This document shows positions 1 to 7,583 of a stretch of 12,110 nucleotides of DNA, piece after piece (positions within the stretch are counted from its first letter, which is position 1; the number at the start of each line of letters is the position of its first letter). Location: assembly GCA_016926395.1 (NCBI GenBank), contig JAFGOT010000002.1, forward strand, positions 1 to 12,110. The letters run 5' to 3'. Under the pieces are notes generated by a model that made no database searches, had not been told where the DNA came from, and saw nothing but the letters and a program-made list of their open reading frames with translations. Made by a program: the position numbers and the translations under genes. The DNA is from Candidatus Woesearchaeota archaeon (GTDB taxonomy: Archaea; Nanobdellota; Nanobdellia; Woesearchaeales; SKGA01).

Positions 1-1731
1 GAACTTTGTCTTAAAAAGTGCCCTATTAATAAGATGGGAGAACCTTGTATTTTCATTGATGATAACAAAAAGGCAGGTATCGAAGAATCAATTTGTGTTG
101 GTTGTGGTATTTGTCCTAAAATTTGTCCTTATGGTGCAATCGAAATCATTAATCTTCCTGAAGAATTAAAATCAGATCCAATTCATCGTTATGGAGAAAA
201 CGCATTCGCTCTTTACAGTCTTCCAGTTCCTGTTTTTGGTAAAGTTGGGGGTCTTCTTGGTCGAAACGGTATTGGTAAGTCTACAGCCATGAAAGTTTTA
301 GCAGGAGTTCTAAAACCAAATTTTGGCAAATTAGAAACAGACGCAAATGAAAAACAAAACACAGGATTTAGAGCATTAATTGATTGGTTTAAAGGAACTG
401 AGGCTCAAAATTATTTTGAAAAATTAGAAAAAGGAGAAATTAGAATTTCTTATAAACCACAACAAGTTGAACTCATTCCTAAATCTTTTGATGGAAAAGT
501 TAAAGATTTACTTTCTAAAGTAGATGAGAAAAATGCATTCGATGAAATTGTTGAAATTTTAGAACTTACTCACATCTTAGATCGGGATATTAAACAAGTT
601 AGTGGTGGAGAACTTCAACGTGTTGCTATTGCAGCTTGTGTTCTTCGTGATGCAAATGTTTATTTTTTTGACGAACCAACTAGTTATCTTGATATTAAAC
701 AGAGACTTAAAGTTGCAAAATTTATTCGTGAAATGGCAAATGAAAATACTGCAGTAATGGTCATTGAACATGACTTAATTATTCTTGATTACTTAACAGA
801 TAATGTTCATCTTCTTTATGGGCAAGAATCCGCTTACGGTGTTGTCAGTGGACTTAAAGCTACAAAGAATGGAATCAATACTTATTTGTCAGGTTTCTTG
901 CGAGAAGAAAATATTCGTTTTAGAGATCAAGAGATTAGATTTGATATGCATCCAACCGAGACAGAAATTTCTAAATTAAAATTAGTTTCTTGGCCTGGTT
1001 TTGAAAAAAAATTAGGAGAGTTTTCATTTTCCGCAGAAGAAGGAACAGTTCATCGTCACGATGTTATTGGTATACTTGGAGAAAATGGTATTGGAAAAAC
1101 CAGTTTTGTAAAAGAATTAGTTAGTGCTTCTAAAGGAGAAGCTAGCTTTAAACTTGAAATCGATGAGACCAGAAACGAGCTTACTGTCGCATATAAACCA
1201 CAGTATATTGAGTCAGGAGATGACATTGTCAGATTATATCTCAAAGATGCACTAAAATATGAACTTCAACTAATTAAGCCTCTAGCTATCGATAAACTTC
1301 TCGATCTTCAACTTTCAGATCTGTCTGGTGGAGAACTTCAGCGTGTTGCTATTGCAAAAACACTATCCAAACAAGCAGATTTATATCTTCTTGACGAACC
1401 AAGCGCATATCTTGATGTCGAACAAAGACTTTCTCTTTCAAAAGTTATTTCAACAATGATGGACACTCAAAACGGCAGCGCATTAGTTGTCGATCATGAT
1501 TTATTATTTATTGACTATATTTCTAAACGTCTTCTCGTTTTTGATGGAAAACCAGCAATTAAAGGTTTAGTTAAAGGACCATTTACAATGGTTGATGGAA
1601 TGAACAATTTCCTAGATGGTCTTGACATCACTTTCCGTCGAGATGAGTCAAACAACCGCCCTAGAGTCAACAAATTAGACTCTCAAAAAGATCGTGAACA
1701 GAAAAATTCAGGAAATTTATATTATGGTTAG
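1..1731 (+). CDS. rli1: ABCE1/Rli1 ribosome recycling ATPase, 5'-partial. The frame is open back to position 1 (ELCLKKCPINK precedes the Met at 34), so the true start lies upstream of the window.
   Basis: Fe-S domain cysteines (CLKKCP...CI...CVGCGICPKICP) and two ABC NBDs, each with Walker A (GRNGIGKST / GENGIGKTS), signature SGGELQR, Walker B (FFDEP / LLDEP) and H-loop (IEHD / VDHD). The C-terminus RRDE..NRPRVNK.DSQKDREQK.SG..YY is typical of ABCE1. Confidence 0.98.
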   Translation, partial: ELCLKKCPINKMGEPCIFIDDNKKAGIEESICVGCGICPKICPYGAIEIINLPEELKSDPIHRYGENAFALYSLPVPVFGKVGGLLGRNGIGKSTAMKVLAGVLKPNFGKLETDANEKQNTGFRALIDWFKGTEAQNYFEKLEKGEIRISYKPQQVELIPKSFDGKVKDLLSKVDEKNAFDEIVEILELTHILDRDIKQVSGGELQRVAIAACVLRDANVYFFDEPTSYLDIKQRLKVAKFIREMANENTAVMVIEHDLIILDYLTDNVHLLYGQESAYGVVSGLKATKNGINTYLSGFLREENIRFRDQEIRFDMHPTETEISKLKLVSWPGFEKKLGEFSFSAEEGTVHRHDVIGILGENGIGKTSFVKELVSASKGEASFKLEIDETRNELTVAYKPQYIESGDDIVRLYLKDALKYELQLIKPLAIDKLLDLQLSDLSGGELQRVAIAKTLSKQADLYLLDEPSAYLDVEQRLSLSKVISTMMDTQNGSALVVDHDLLFIDYISKRLLVFDGKPAIKGLVKGPFTMVDGMNNFLDGLDITFRRDESNNRPRVNKLDSQKDREQKNSGNLYYG

Positions 1732-1771
1732 TGATGCCAAATAAAGCAAAACAAATCAGATAAAGTAAATA

Positions 1772-1820
1772 TTATATACTTCTAAGTTAATTTACTCCTT
1801 AGGGGCAACATAATAGGTGA
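1772..1820 (+). promoter_or_regulatory. Probable TATA box (TTATATA, 1772-1778) and Shine-Dalgarno (AGGTGA, 1815-1820) for the flavodoxin gene
   Basis: TTATATA follows a purine-rich BRE-like stretch. AGGTGA ends 4 nt before ATG 1825. Confidence 0.55.
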
Positions 1821-1824
1821 ATTT

Positions 1825-2313
1825 ATGAATAAAATCAAAAAAGAACACAAAATAGCAATCATCTACCACTCAGTACATCATAAAAATACGGAAAAGATAG
1901 CCGTAGCCATGGCCGACGTTCTCGATGCAAAGCTTTTAACAGCCTCTGAAGCTAAAAAACATGATTTAAAGGATTTTGAATTAATTGGTTTTGGTTCAGG
2001 TATTTACGAAGCAGATTTTCATAAAACAATTCTTGAAGTCATTGAAATCAACAACTTGAAAGATAAGCCAGTATTCATTTTCTCCACTAGCGGCGTTAAA
2101 CAAACAAATATTATGAAAAATAAATTTAATAGAAACATAATAAGTACTCTTTCTAGAAAACAAGCTAAAATATTAGGTTCTTTTTCATGTCGTGGATGGG
2201 ACTCTGCAGGCCCTCTAGTGCGACTTATCGGCGGAGTTAATAAAGGTCGACCTAATAAACGCGATCTTCAGAGAGCTCGAGAATTCGCTCAAGAAATTCA
2301 AAAACGAGCGTAA
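1825..2313 (+). CDS. Flavodoxin family protein
   Basis: FMN phosphate loop YHSVHHKNTEKIA, then IGFGSGIY, VFIFSTSG and C-terminal FSCRGWD..GP...IGGVNKGRPN..D...A.EFA. These match the short-chain 'HHGNT' flavodoxin family. Confidence 0.9.
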   Translation: MNKIKKEHKIAIIYHSVHHKNTEKIAVAMADVLDAKLLTASEAKKHDLKDFELIGFGSGIYEADFHKTILEVIEINNLKDKPVFIFSTSGVKQTNIMKNKFNRNIISTLSRKQAKILGSFSCRGWDSAGPLVRLIGGVNKGRPNKRDLQRAREFAQEIQKRA

Positions 2314-2350
2314 AGTATTTAAAAAGAAACCCGTTCTTTGTCACTTATAA

Positions 2351-2908
2351 ATGGTTACAGCTGAACTGATTAAAAGTTATCTTGAAGATTTTACTAAACA
2401 AAACATTCAATATAATTCTCAAACTATTTGTGAAAAACAAATTGAAGAACCTCAAACAGGTTTCATGGAAAGTCTAAATTTCTACCACGTATTATTAAAT
2501 CAAAATACAGGCATAACACATATTAAACTATTCAACAACACAGACGAATACAAATATGAAGATGATAGACCAACGACAAAATACAATCAAATTATTCTCA
2601 TCACAAGTTTTGATCCACTAAAAGAATTTCCTGAAATAAGTAGTAGAGGCGTTTGCGAATTTAGAAAAGAAAAAAAGAATAATTTCAAACTAGGAGTATT
2701 ATTCAATGCTCAATTAATTAATCAAATATACCACACTTGCGAATTTCCTAACTACGTTGTAAAAACCAACAGTCAAACCAATGCAGGCACAGCATTTTGG
2801 AAAAGTTTAGAAATAAATGCAAACAAACTATATCTAGAAGGTGTTTCGATTAACGAATATCATAGTAAAAGTTTAGAAGCAGCAATTAAAGCAGGATATA
2901 AATTTTAA
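2351..2908 (+). CDS. Hypothetical protein, possibly a degenerate GNAT-like fold
   Basis: 185-aa ORF filling the gap between two genes. TTTAAAAA (2318-2325) lies 25 nt upstream of the ATG. No family recognised. The only hint is TNSQTNAGTAFWKSL. Confidence 0.75.
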   Translation: MVTAELIKSYLEDFTKQNIQYNSQTICEKQIEEPQTGFMESLNFYHVLLNQNTGITHIKLFNNTDEYKYEDDRPTTKYNQIILITSFDPLKEFPEISSRGVCEFRKEKKNNFKLGVLFNAQLINQIYHTCEFPNYVVKTNSQTNAGTAFWKSLEINANKLYLEGVSINEYHSKSLEAAIKAGYKF

Positions 2909-2919
2909 AAAAATAAAAT

Positions 2920-4599
2920 TTAATCTCGAAGAATAATTTTTTCTCCAATCATCTCTTCCCATATAGGAATATAATCTTCAACCAACCTTGCAGGATTCTC
3001 ATCAATCAATGCTTTTTCTCGAATTCGTCTTAAATGATTAAATCTAAAATCAGGTCCTTGCTCAAAAAAATGTTTAAATGAATTTAATCCATACATTATT
3101 CCACCTTCATCCAAATTGTTAAATTTAAATCCAGTAAAGGTGTTAGGGTTCATAGTATAATCAATAGTTTCTGCCAACCCACCTGTATTTCTTACCATTG
3201 GAAGACCCCCATAAATAGTTCCTGTTTTGTTTGGATAACCACCAGGCTCATACACCGAAGGCAAGTCTATTCGATCTACCGCAGCCATCATCAGACTTTC
3301 ATTTGCATTACTAAAAGTTAAATGCCCTACTTGTCCCGGTAGTGCTCGCCTGAAATCATCAAAATCTTTTTGAGAATTAGGATGAATATCACAAGTAAAT
3401 ATTTGTTGCATAGAAGGATTATTTTTTAGAAATTTGTAAAGAACAGGAAAATATTGTTTTAATCCTTTTTGCACATCATCAAAATTAAATCTATTTGCCC
3501 AGCCACCAAGACCATGTTCTAACCCAACTTCTAAACCTGAAATTTGTTGCAAGTGCAATTTTGCTTTGTTTTTTCCTTCAAGCATGTTTTCAGTTCCATA
3601 TCTAAATTCTTCAGGTAAATTTGGATCAATCTCAGAATTACTCGTACTTTCAAGCCTGTTAGAAACTGCTTTTGCTCGACCATGAATAAATTTATCAGCA
3701 ATCATCCAAGCCATCTTTCCACTCATAACAGAATCAGGTTGGAGCACTCCTGCATCCATCTGATCTTTTATTTGTTTAAGAACAGGATAATCATTAATTA
3801 AATTCCAATTATCACTTATGGCTCTCGCAATCCCTTCATTTAAGTATTGAACACTCACAGTAGAAATTAAATCAGCTGGAAACATTCCCGACAATAAGAA
3901 ATTAACATATAATTCATACATGTCTTTTCCATGATTACCAGAAGGAAAACTATTTTCATAAAAAAGTTTTTCATAATATTTTTGCGTGTTAAAACCTTGT
4001 TTAGTAACTTTAAACAACGGAGAAATTTCAGAGTGAAAATTATGGTATTTCATCTCAACTTTTGTTTTACCAAAAATATCATATTCTTTTATTGGTGCAA
4101 CAGCTAAAGCAGTACTCCATTCATTTAATTGAAATATTTTTGTTGCTTTTGGATATGTTCGATTAATTTGTCTTGATGCACGCACTATCCCTTTTGAAAA
4201 ATGAATTGCACGCCTAGTATCAATTTTATTTAAATTATAAGAATAATCACCATAAACTTTTGTTGCATTCGTAAATAAACCATCATCTACGAAATGAACA
4301 CTTGGATGCATTGCCAGTTCATTAAAAGCTTCCGCAAATTCTTTATCAGTCATATTTGGAGAGTTTTTTCTAAACAAATCATAATACTCAGGAATTATAA
4401 ATTTTGTATCAAACCCTGCTGCGTATGTTGCCTCTCCAAGTGTTGCCATTATTCTTGAAAGACCCCCACCAGAACCAGTGTTAACAATTCCTAAAGGATC
4501 AATTTCTTTTGGCAAATACTTTATTTCAGTTGCAGCTAAAGCTAATTTTGTAGAATGTTGATTATGTTGATGATGTTTGATTATATCTTCAAAATTCAT
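2920..4599 (-). CDS. Divergent glycogen/starch synthase-like GT-B glycosyltransferase (GT5/GlgA-like)
   Basis: Motifs occur in GlgA order: GGL loop (SGGGLSRIMATL), QLNEWS (cf. H(C/A)(N/H)DWH), YHN, STVSVQYLNE (cf. TTVSPTYARE), NRF....QKG, PSVYEPGG (cf. PSRFEPCG) and YGGLPMVRNTGGLAETI...TGFKF. Confidence 0.85.
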   Translation of the reverse strand: MNFEDIIKHHQHNQHSTKLALAATEIKYLPKEIDPLGIVNTGSGGGLSRIMATLGEATYAAGFDTKFIIPEYYDLFRKNSPNMTDKEFAEAFNELAMHPSVHFVDDGLFTNATKVYGDYSYNLNKIDTRRAIHFSKGIVRASRQINRTYPKATKIFQLNEWSTALAVAPIKEYDIFGKTKVEMKYHNFHSEISPLFKVTKQGFNTQKYYEKLFYENSFPSGNHGKDMYELYVNFLLSGMFPADLISTVSVQYLNEGIARAISDNWNLINDYPVLKQIKDQMDAGVLQPDSVMSGKMAWMIADKFIHGRAKAVSNRLESTSNSEIDPNLPEEFRYGTENMLEGKNKAKLHLQQISGLEVGLEHGLGGWANRFNFDDVQKGLKQYFPVLYKFLKNNPSMQQIFTCDIHPNSQKDFDDFRRALPGQVGHLTFSNANESLMMAAVDRIDLPSVYEPGGYPNKTGTIYGGLPMVRNTGGLAETIDYTMNPNTFTGFKFNNLDEGGIMYGLNSFKHFFEQGPDFRFNHLRRIREKALIDENPARLVEDYIPIWEEMIGEKIILRD

Positions 4600-4644
4600 T
4601 TAAATATACCTTTAATGACGTTTAAAGGCAGTAAAAGTAAAGAA

Positions 4645-4652
4645 TTTATAAA
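4645..4652 (-). promoter_or_regulatory. Probable TATA box (TTTATAAA) for the GT5 gene
   Basis: TTTATAAA in the 92-nt spacer upstream of ATG 4599. An SD-like AAGGT lies 8 nt before the ATG on the minus strand. Confidence 0.5.
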
Positions 4653-4691
4653 AGTATCTATTTGAAACTACTTATCAGTGACAAATATTTT

Positions 4692-4919
4692 TTATTTTGC
4701 GACAATTAAAGTGCTACTCATTTGAACGCCTTCTATAACTCTAACCTTATCCATAACAAAAGTACCTAAAGCCTCAGTATTTTCAACATCTAGCTTTACC
4801 AGAAGATCCCATTCTCCAAAGAGTATATGAACACCTAAGATCTCACTATAATCAGATAAAACGTTATAAATTTCTTGTTCAAGCCCTTTTTCAGCAGTTA
4901 TAAGTATATAAGCTAACAT
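4692..4919 (-). CDS. Stand-alone Lrp/AsnC ligand-binding (RAM) domain protein with no HTH (demi-FFRP type)
   Basis: 75 aa with the pattern AYILI..E.G....I...L......V..LFGEWDLLVK.........FV.DKVR.IEGV..SSTLIV. SD-like GAGGGGT at 4927-4933 on the minus strand. Confidence 0.93.
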   Translation of the reverse strand: MLAYILITAEKGLEQEIYNVLSDYSEILGVHILFGEWDLLVKLDVENTEALGTFVMDKVRVIEGVQMSSTLIVAK

Positions 4920-4976
4920 TTTAGTTACCCCTCATTTAAATACAATTTATTTTATCTCAATTTAAACTTTACGTAT

Positions 4977-5714
4977 TTATCGTTTAAATAAACGAATAAA
5001 TGTTAAGAAAGCAGTATGACCAAGCATCGCATGTTTTGGTCTTAGACGAACATTATCAACTTCCCATCTTCGTTGAATTAGCTCAATAGTAGATACAAAC
5101 TTAAAATCATCATCCAATAATTTAACAACTTCTTGAACTTGATTAATATGAGGAGTATAAAGAACTAAAAACCCGCCTTGTTTGAGATTTCTTTTTGCAC
5201 TTTCAAGAACATTAGTTGGATTGGGAATATCAATTAACATCAAATCAACTTTTTCAGGTGCAGTTATAGAGCACACATCGCCTTCTTCTAAAATAACATT
5301 ATCAATGTCCAATCGAATACAATTCTCTCTTACAACTTTAAGATGTTTTGGTTCAATATCATAGCTATAAACTGTTTTGCAGATTCCCGCCAATAGACAA
5401 GTACTCCCGCCAGTCCCAGCACCAGCATCAATTACAACACTATCTTTTGTTAAAGCACACTCCGCAATTACAAACCCAATATCTTTTGGAATTATTAAAG
5501 CAGGACCTCTTTTCATCCTATCATAATTGTCTTTAAAATTAGCATCACAAAACAACAATTCATGACCTGTCGTTGTTTTTATTATTCCATCATGATTAGC
5601 ATCGATTAAAATTTGTCTGTCAACTGCACCCTCATTTAGGCTTATAGATCTATTTAAGTCATCAATTGGATAAATCCTTTTCTCTTGAGTTACAGCTATT
5701 TTCTTAACGTGCAT
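4977..5714 (-). CDS. trmI: tRNA (adenine-N1)-methyltransferase TrmI (m1A57/58)
   Basis: RGP..I.PKD, SAM-binding DAGAGTG, DIPNP, YTP.INQV and C-terminal RP...M.GHTAFL are TrmI/Gcd14 family motifs. Confidence 0.92.
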   Translation of the reverse strand: MHVKKIAVTQEKRIYPIDDLNRSISLNEGAVDRQILIDANHDGIIKTTTGHELLFCDANFKDNYDRMKRGPALIIPKDIGFVIAECALTKDSVVIDAGAGTGGSTCLLAGICKTVYSYDIEPKHLKVVRENCIRLDIDNVILEEGDVCSITAPEKVDLMLIDIPNPTNVLESAKRNLKQGGFLVLYTPHINQVQEVVKLLDDDFKFVSTIELIQRRWEVDNVRLRPKHAMLGHTAFLTFIRLFKR

Positions 5715-5737
5715 AATTTAATGAAACAACACACATA

Positions 5738-5745
5738 TTTATAAA
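5738..5745. promoter_or_regulatory. Palindromic TATA box, probably shared by the divergent trmI and HAD genes
   Basis: TTTATAAA lies 23 nt from the trmI ATG (5714) and 25 nt from the HAD ATG (5771) in a 56-nt spacer. Confidence 0.6.
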
Positions 5746-5770
5746 ACTACGGTCTTTAACTAAAACAGGT

Positions 5771-6433
5771 ATGAGAGAAGATAATTATGGGTATGGAATT
5801 ACATTTGTCGATATAGATGAGACCTTGTTTCACACATCTGCAAAAGTCATCGTCAAAAAAGACAATAAAAAAATAAAAGAGCTTAGCAATCAAGAATTTA
5901 ATAATTATATTCTTAAATCAGGAGAAGAATTAGATTTCTCTGAATTTGTAGATTCTAAACTATTTTATGAAACCTCCGAACCCATTAAATCAATAATCAA
6001 TCAAGTAAAGAATATTATTCGTGGAATTGAAACTACTGAAAGTAAAAGTAAAATTATTCTTCTTACTGCGCGTAAAGATTTAGAAAACAAGGAATTATTC
6101 CTACAAACTTTCCGAGATCAAGGAATTGACATCGATAATAAAGAAGTTATTTACATAGAACGTGCAGGGAACATTTCTGGAATGAGTATCGCTCAAAAGA
6201 AAAGAATTATTATTATGAAATATCTTAAACAAGGAATATTTCGTCGGTGCAGATTAATTGATGATAGCAAAGAGAATATTAGAGAATTTTTAAAACTAGC
6301 AAGAAACGTACCTTCTGAAATAGAAGAAGCAGTAAGAAAAAAATATGAAATTTCTAGTGAAGAGAGAGCAATTCATTTTTATGGTTTGTTAGTTCTTCCA
6401 GATGGTAAACTTGAACCAGTAACCCATGTTTAA
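5771..6433 (+). CDS. HAD-superfamily phosphatase with a cap insert, substrate unknown
   Basis: Motif I FVDIDETL (D at 5810), motif II LLTAR, motif III Lys (QKK) and motif IV LIDDSKEN. Confidence 0.85.
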   Translation: MREDNYGYGITFVDIDETLFHTSAKVIVKKDNKKIKELSNQEFNNYILKSGEELDFSEFVDSKLFYETSEPIKSIINQVKNIIRGIETTESKSKIILLTARKDLENKELFLQTFRDQGIDIDNKEVIYIERAGNISGMSIAQKKRIIIMKYLKQGIFRRCRLIDDSKENIREFLKLARNVPSEIEEAVRKKYEISSEERAIHFYGLLVLPDGKLEPVTHV

Positions 6434-6497
6434 GTCAATTTAGCTTAAAACTTATAAAGACAAACACATAATAAGTTGTTTAAGAAGGTGATTTTAC

Positions 6498-7121
6498 ATG
6501 AAAAAAAATATTATAATCATAGGTTTAATCCTGATTTTAAGTTTAACATTAATTGGTTGTTCTAAAAATAACGACGAAATTGACCCTAATGCATTAAGTC
6601 CGGATTTAATAACTGACGACACTAAAAGCAATTTTAATTACGAAGAAGACACAGGAATTCTACAGGACAAAATCATGATTGATAAAGAAGGATTCTTTAA
6701 AGGTACAATCCAAAAAACCAAAACAAGCAAAACTGCTCAAATAGAATTTGAATATTACTTTAATGATACTATTGAATCAGCAATTTTTATGGGTGAAGAG
6801 GTCATTATGGCTCCGATGATTATTAACACTCTTTGTGAATCATTCCCAAAAATGTTCTTTGCAGAAAATTTCTCTGACTTTAATTCAGATTTAAACAAAG
6901 CAACTGGCGAAGCTTCAAATATAGAAGATGACAATGCTAAGAAAATAATAGAATCATTAGAAGGCTATAAAGTAACGTCTGTAAAAATAACATTTTTAGA
7001 TTTTGAAACAAACGAGAAAATCGCAGAATGTAGTGCTAAAAGTGCTGAAAATATTGAAACTAAAGCATATAGAAATTACGACCAAAGCAAGTCATTTCTT
7101 AATGCTAAAATAGGAAATTAA
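6498..7121 (+). CDS. Hypothetical lipoprotein / surface protein
   Basis: MKK, a hydrophobic stretch and a lipobox-like LIGC, followed by an acidic linker. SD AGGTGA at 6486-6491 and TTATAAA at 6452-6458. Confidence 0.85.
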   Translation: MKKNIIIIGLILILSLTLIGCSKNNDEIDPNALSPDLITDDTKSNFNYEEDTGILQDKIMIDKEGFFKGTIQKTKTSKTAQIEFEYYFNDTIESAIFMGEEVIMAPMIINTLCESFPKMFFAENFSDFNSDLNKATGEASNIEDDNAKKIIESLEGYKVTSVKITFLDFETNEKIAECSAKSAENIETKAYRNYDQSKSFLNAKIGN

Positions 7122-7138
7122 ATCCTATTTTTATTTTT
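7107..7138 (+). terminator. Hairpin plus T-tract overlapping the lipoprotein stop codon
   Basis: AAAATAGGA (7107-7115), a 7-nt loop and TCCTATTTT (7123-7131) form a perfect 9-bp stem, followed by TATTTTT. Confidence 0.5.
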
Positions 7139-7181
7139 AATTCATAATGTTTATAAATATTTTAAATGAAGGTGATTATAT

Positions 7182-7583
7182 ATGACTGATTGTATTTTTT
7201 GTAAAATCGTTGAAGGCGAACTTCCTTCTTTCAAAGTGTATGAGGACAATCTTGTTAAAGCATTTCTTGACCAAGGATCAGCATCACCAGGACACCTTCT
7301 TGTTGTTCCAAGACAACACCATGAAAACATTTTTGATATTCCTGAAGAAACACTAAAACAGTTAGCAACAATCAGCAAAAAAATGTCACTATTAGTTAAA
7401 GAAAGACTTGGCGCAACAGGAGTTAACGTTTTAAACGCATCCGGAAAATCAGCACAACAATCAGTAATGCACTTTCATTTCCATATAGTCCCTCGTTTTG
7501 ATGATGATGGATTAGATCTTTGGTTCCATGGAAATCCAAGTGAAAAATCAGTTTTAGAAGAAGTTTATAGAAAATTAGTTTAA
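7182..7583 (+). CDS. HIT family nucleotide hydrolase (Hint-like)
   Basis: N-terminal CIFC, AFLD....PGH.LVVP..H and histidine triad HFHFHIVPR. SD AGGTGA at 7170-7175 and TTTATAAA at 7150-7157. Confidence 0.96.
   Translation: MTDCIFCKIVEGELPSFKVYEDNLVKAFLDQGSASPGHLLVVPRQHHENIFDIPEETLKQLATISKKMSLLVKERLGATGVNVLNASGKSAQQSVMHFHFHIVPRFDDDGLDLWFHGNPSEKSVLEEVYRKLV

Noticed and set aside
34-36. ATG 34 as the ABCE1 start
   Set aside because: The upstream frame is open and encodes conserved Fe-S cysteines, so the gene begins before the window.
577-1244. Minus-strand ORFs 577-771 and 1056-1244
   Set aside because: Antisense to ABCE1, short, with no motifs or initiation signals.
1764-1796. AGTAAAT-N19-ATTTACT inverted repeat around the flavodoxin TATA box
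   Set aside because: 7-bp AT-rich arms with a long spacer are expected by chance at this composition.
2246-2286. Cluster of SalI, SacI, XhoI and EcoRI sites resembling a polylinker
   Set aside because: Lies in frame within the conserved flavodoxin C-terminus (GRPN...RAREFA), so it is coincidence rather than vector contamination.
5182-5536. Plus-strand ORFs 5182-5364 and 5348-5536
   Set aside because: Antisense to trmI. The Gln/His-rich look of the second comes from reading the complement of ordinary codons.
7151-7378. 75-aa minus-strand ORF
   Set aside because: Antisense shadow of the HIT gene with no recognisable features.
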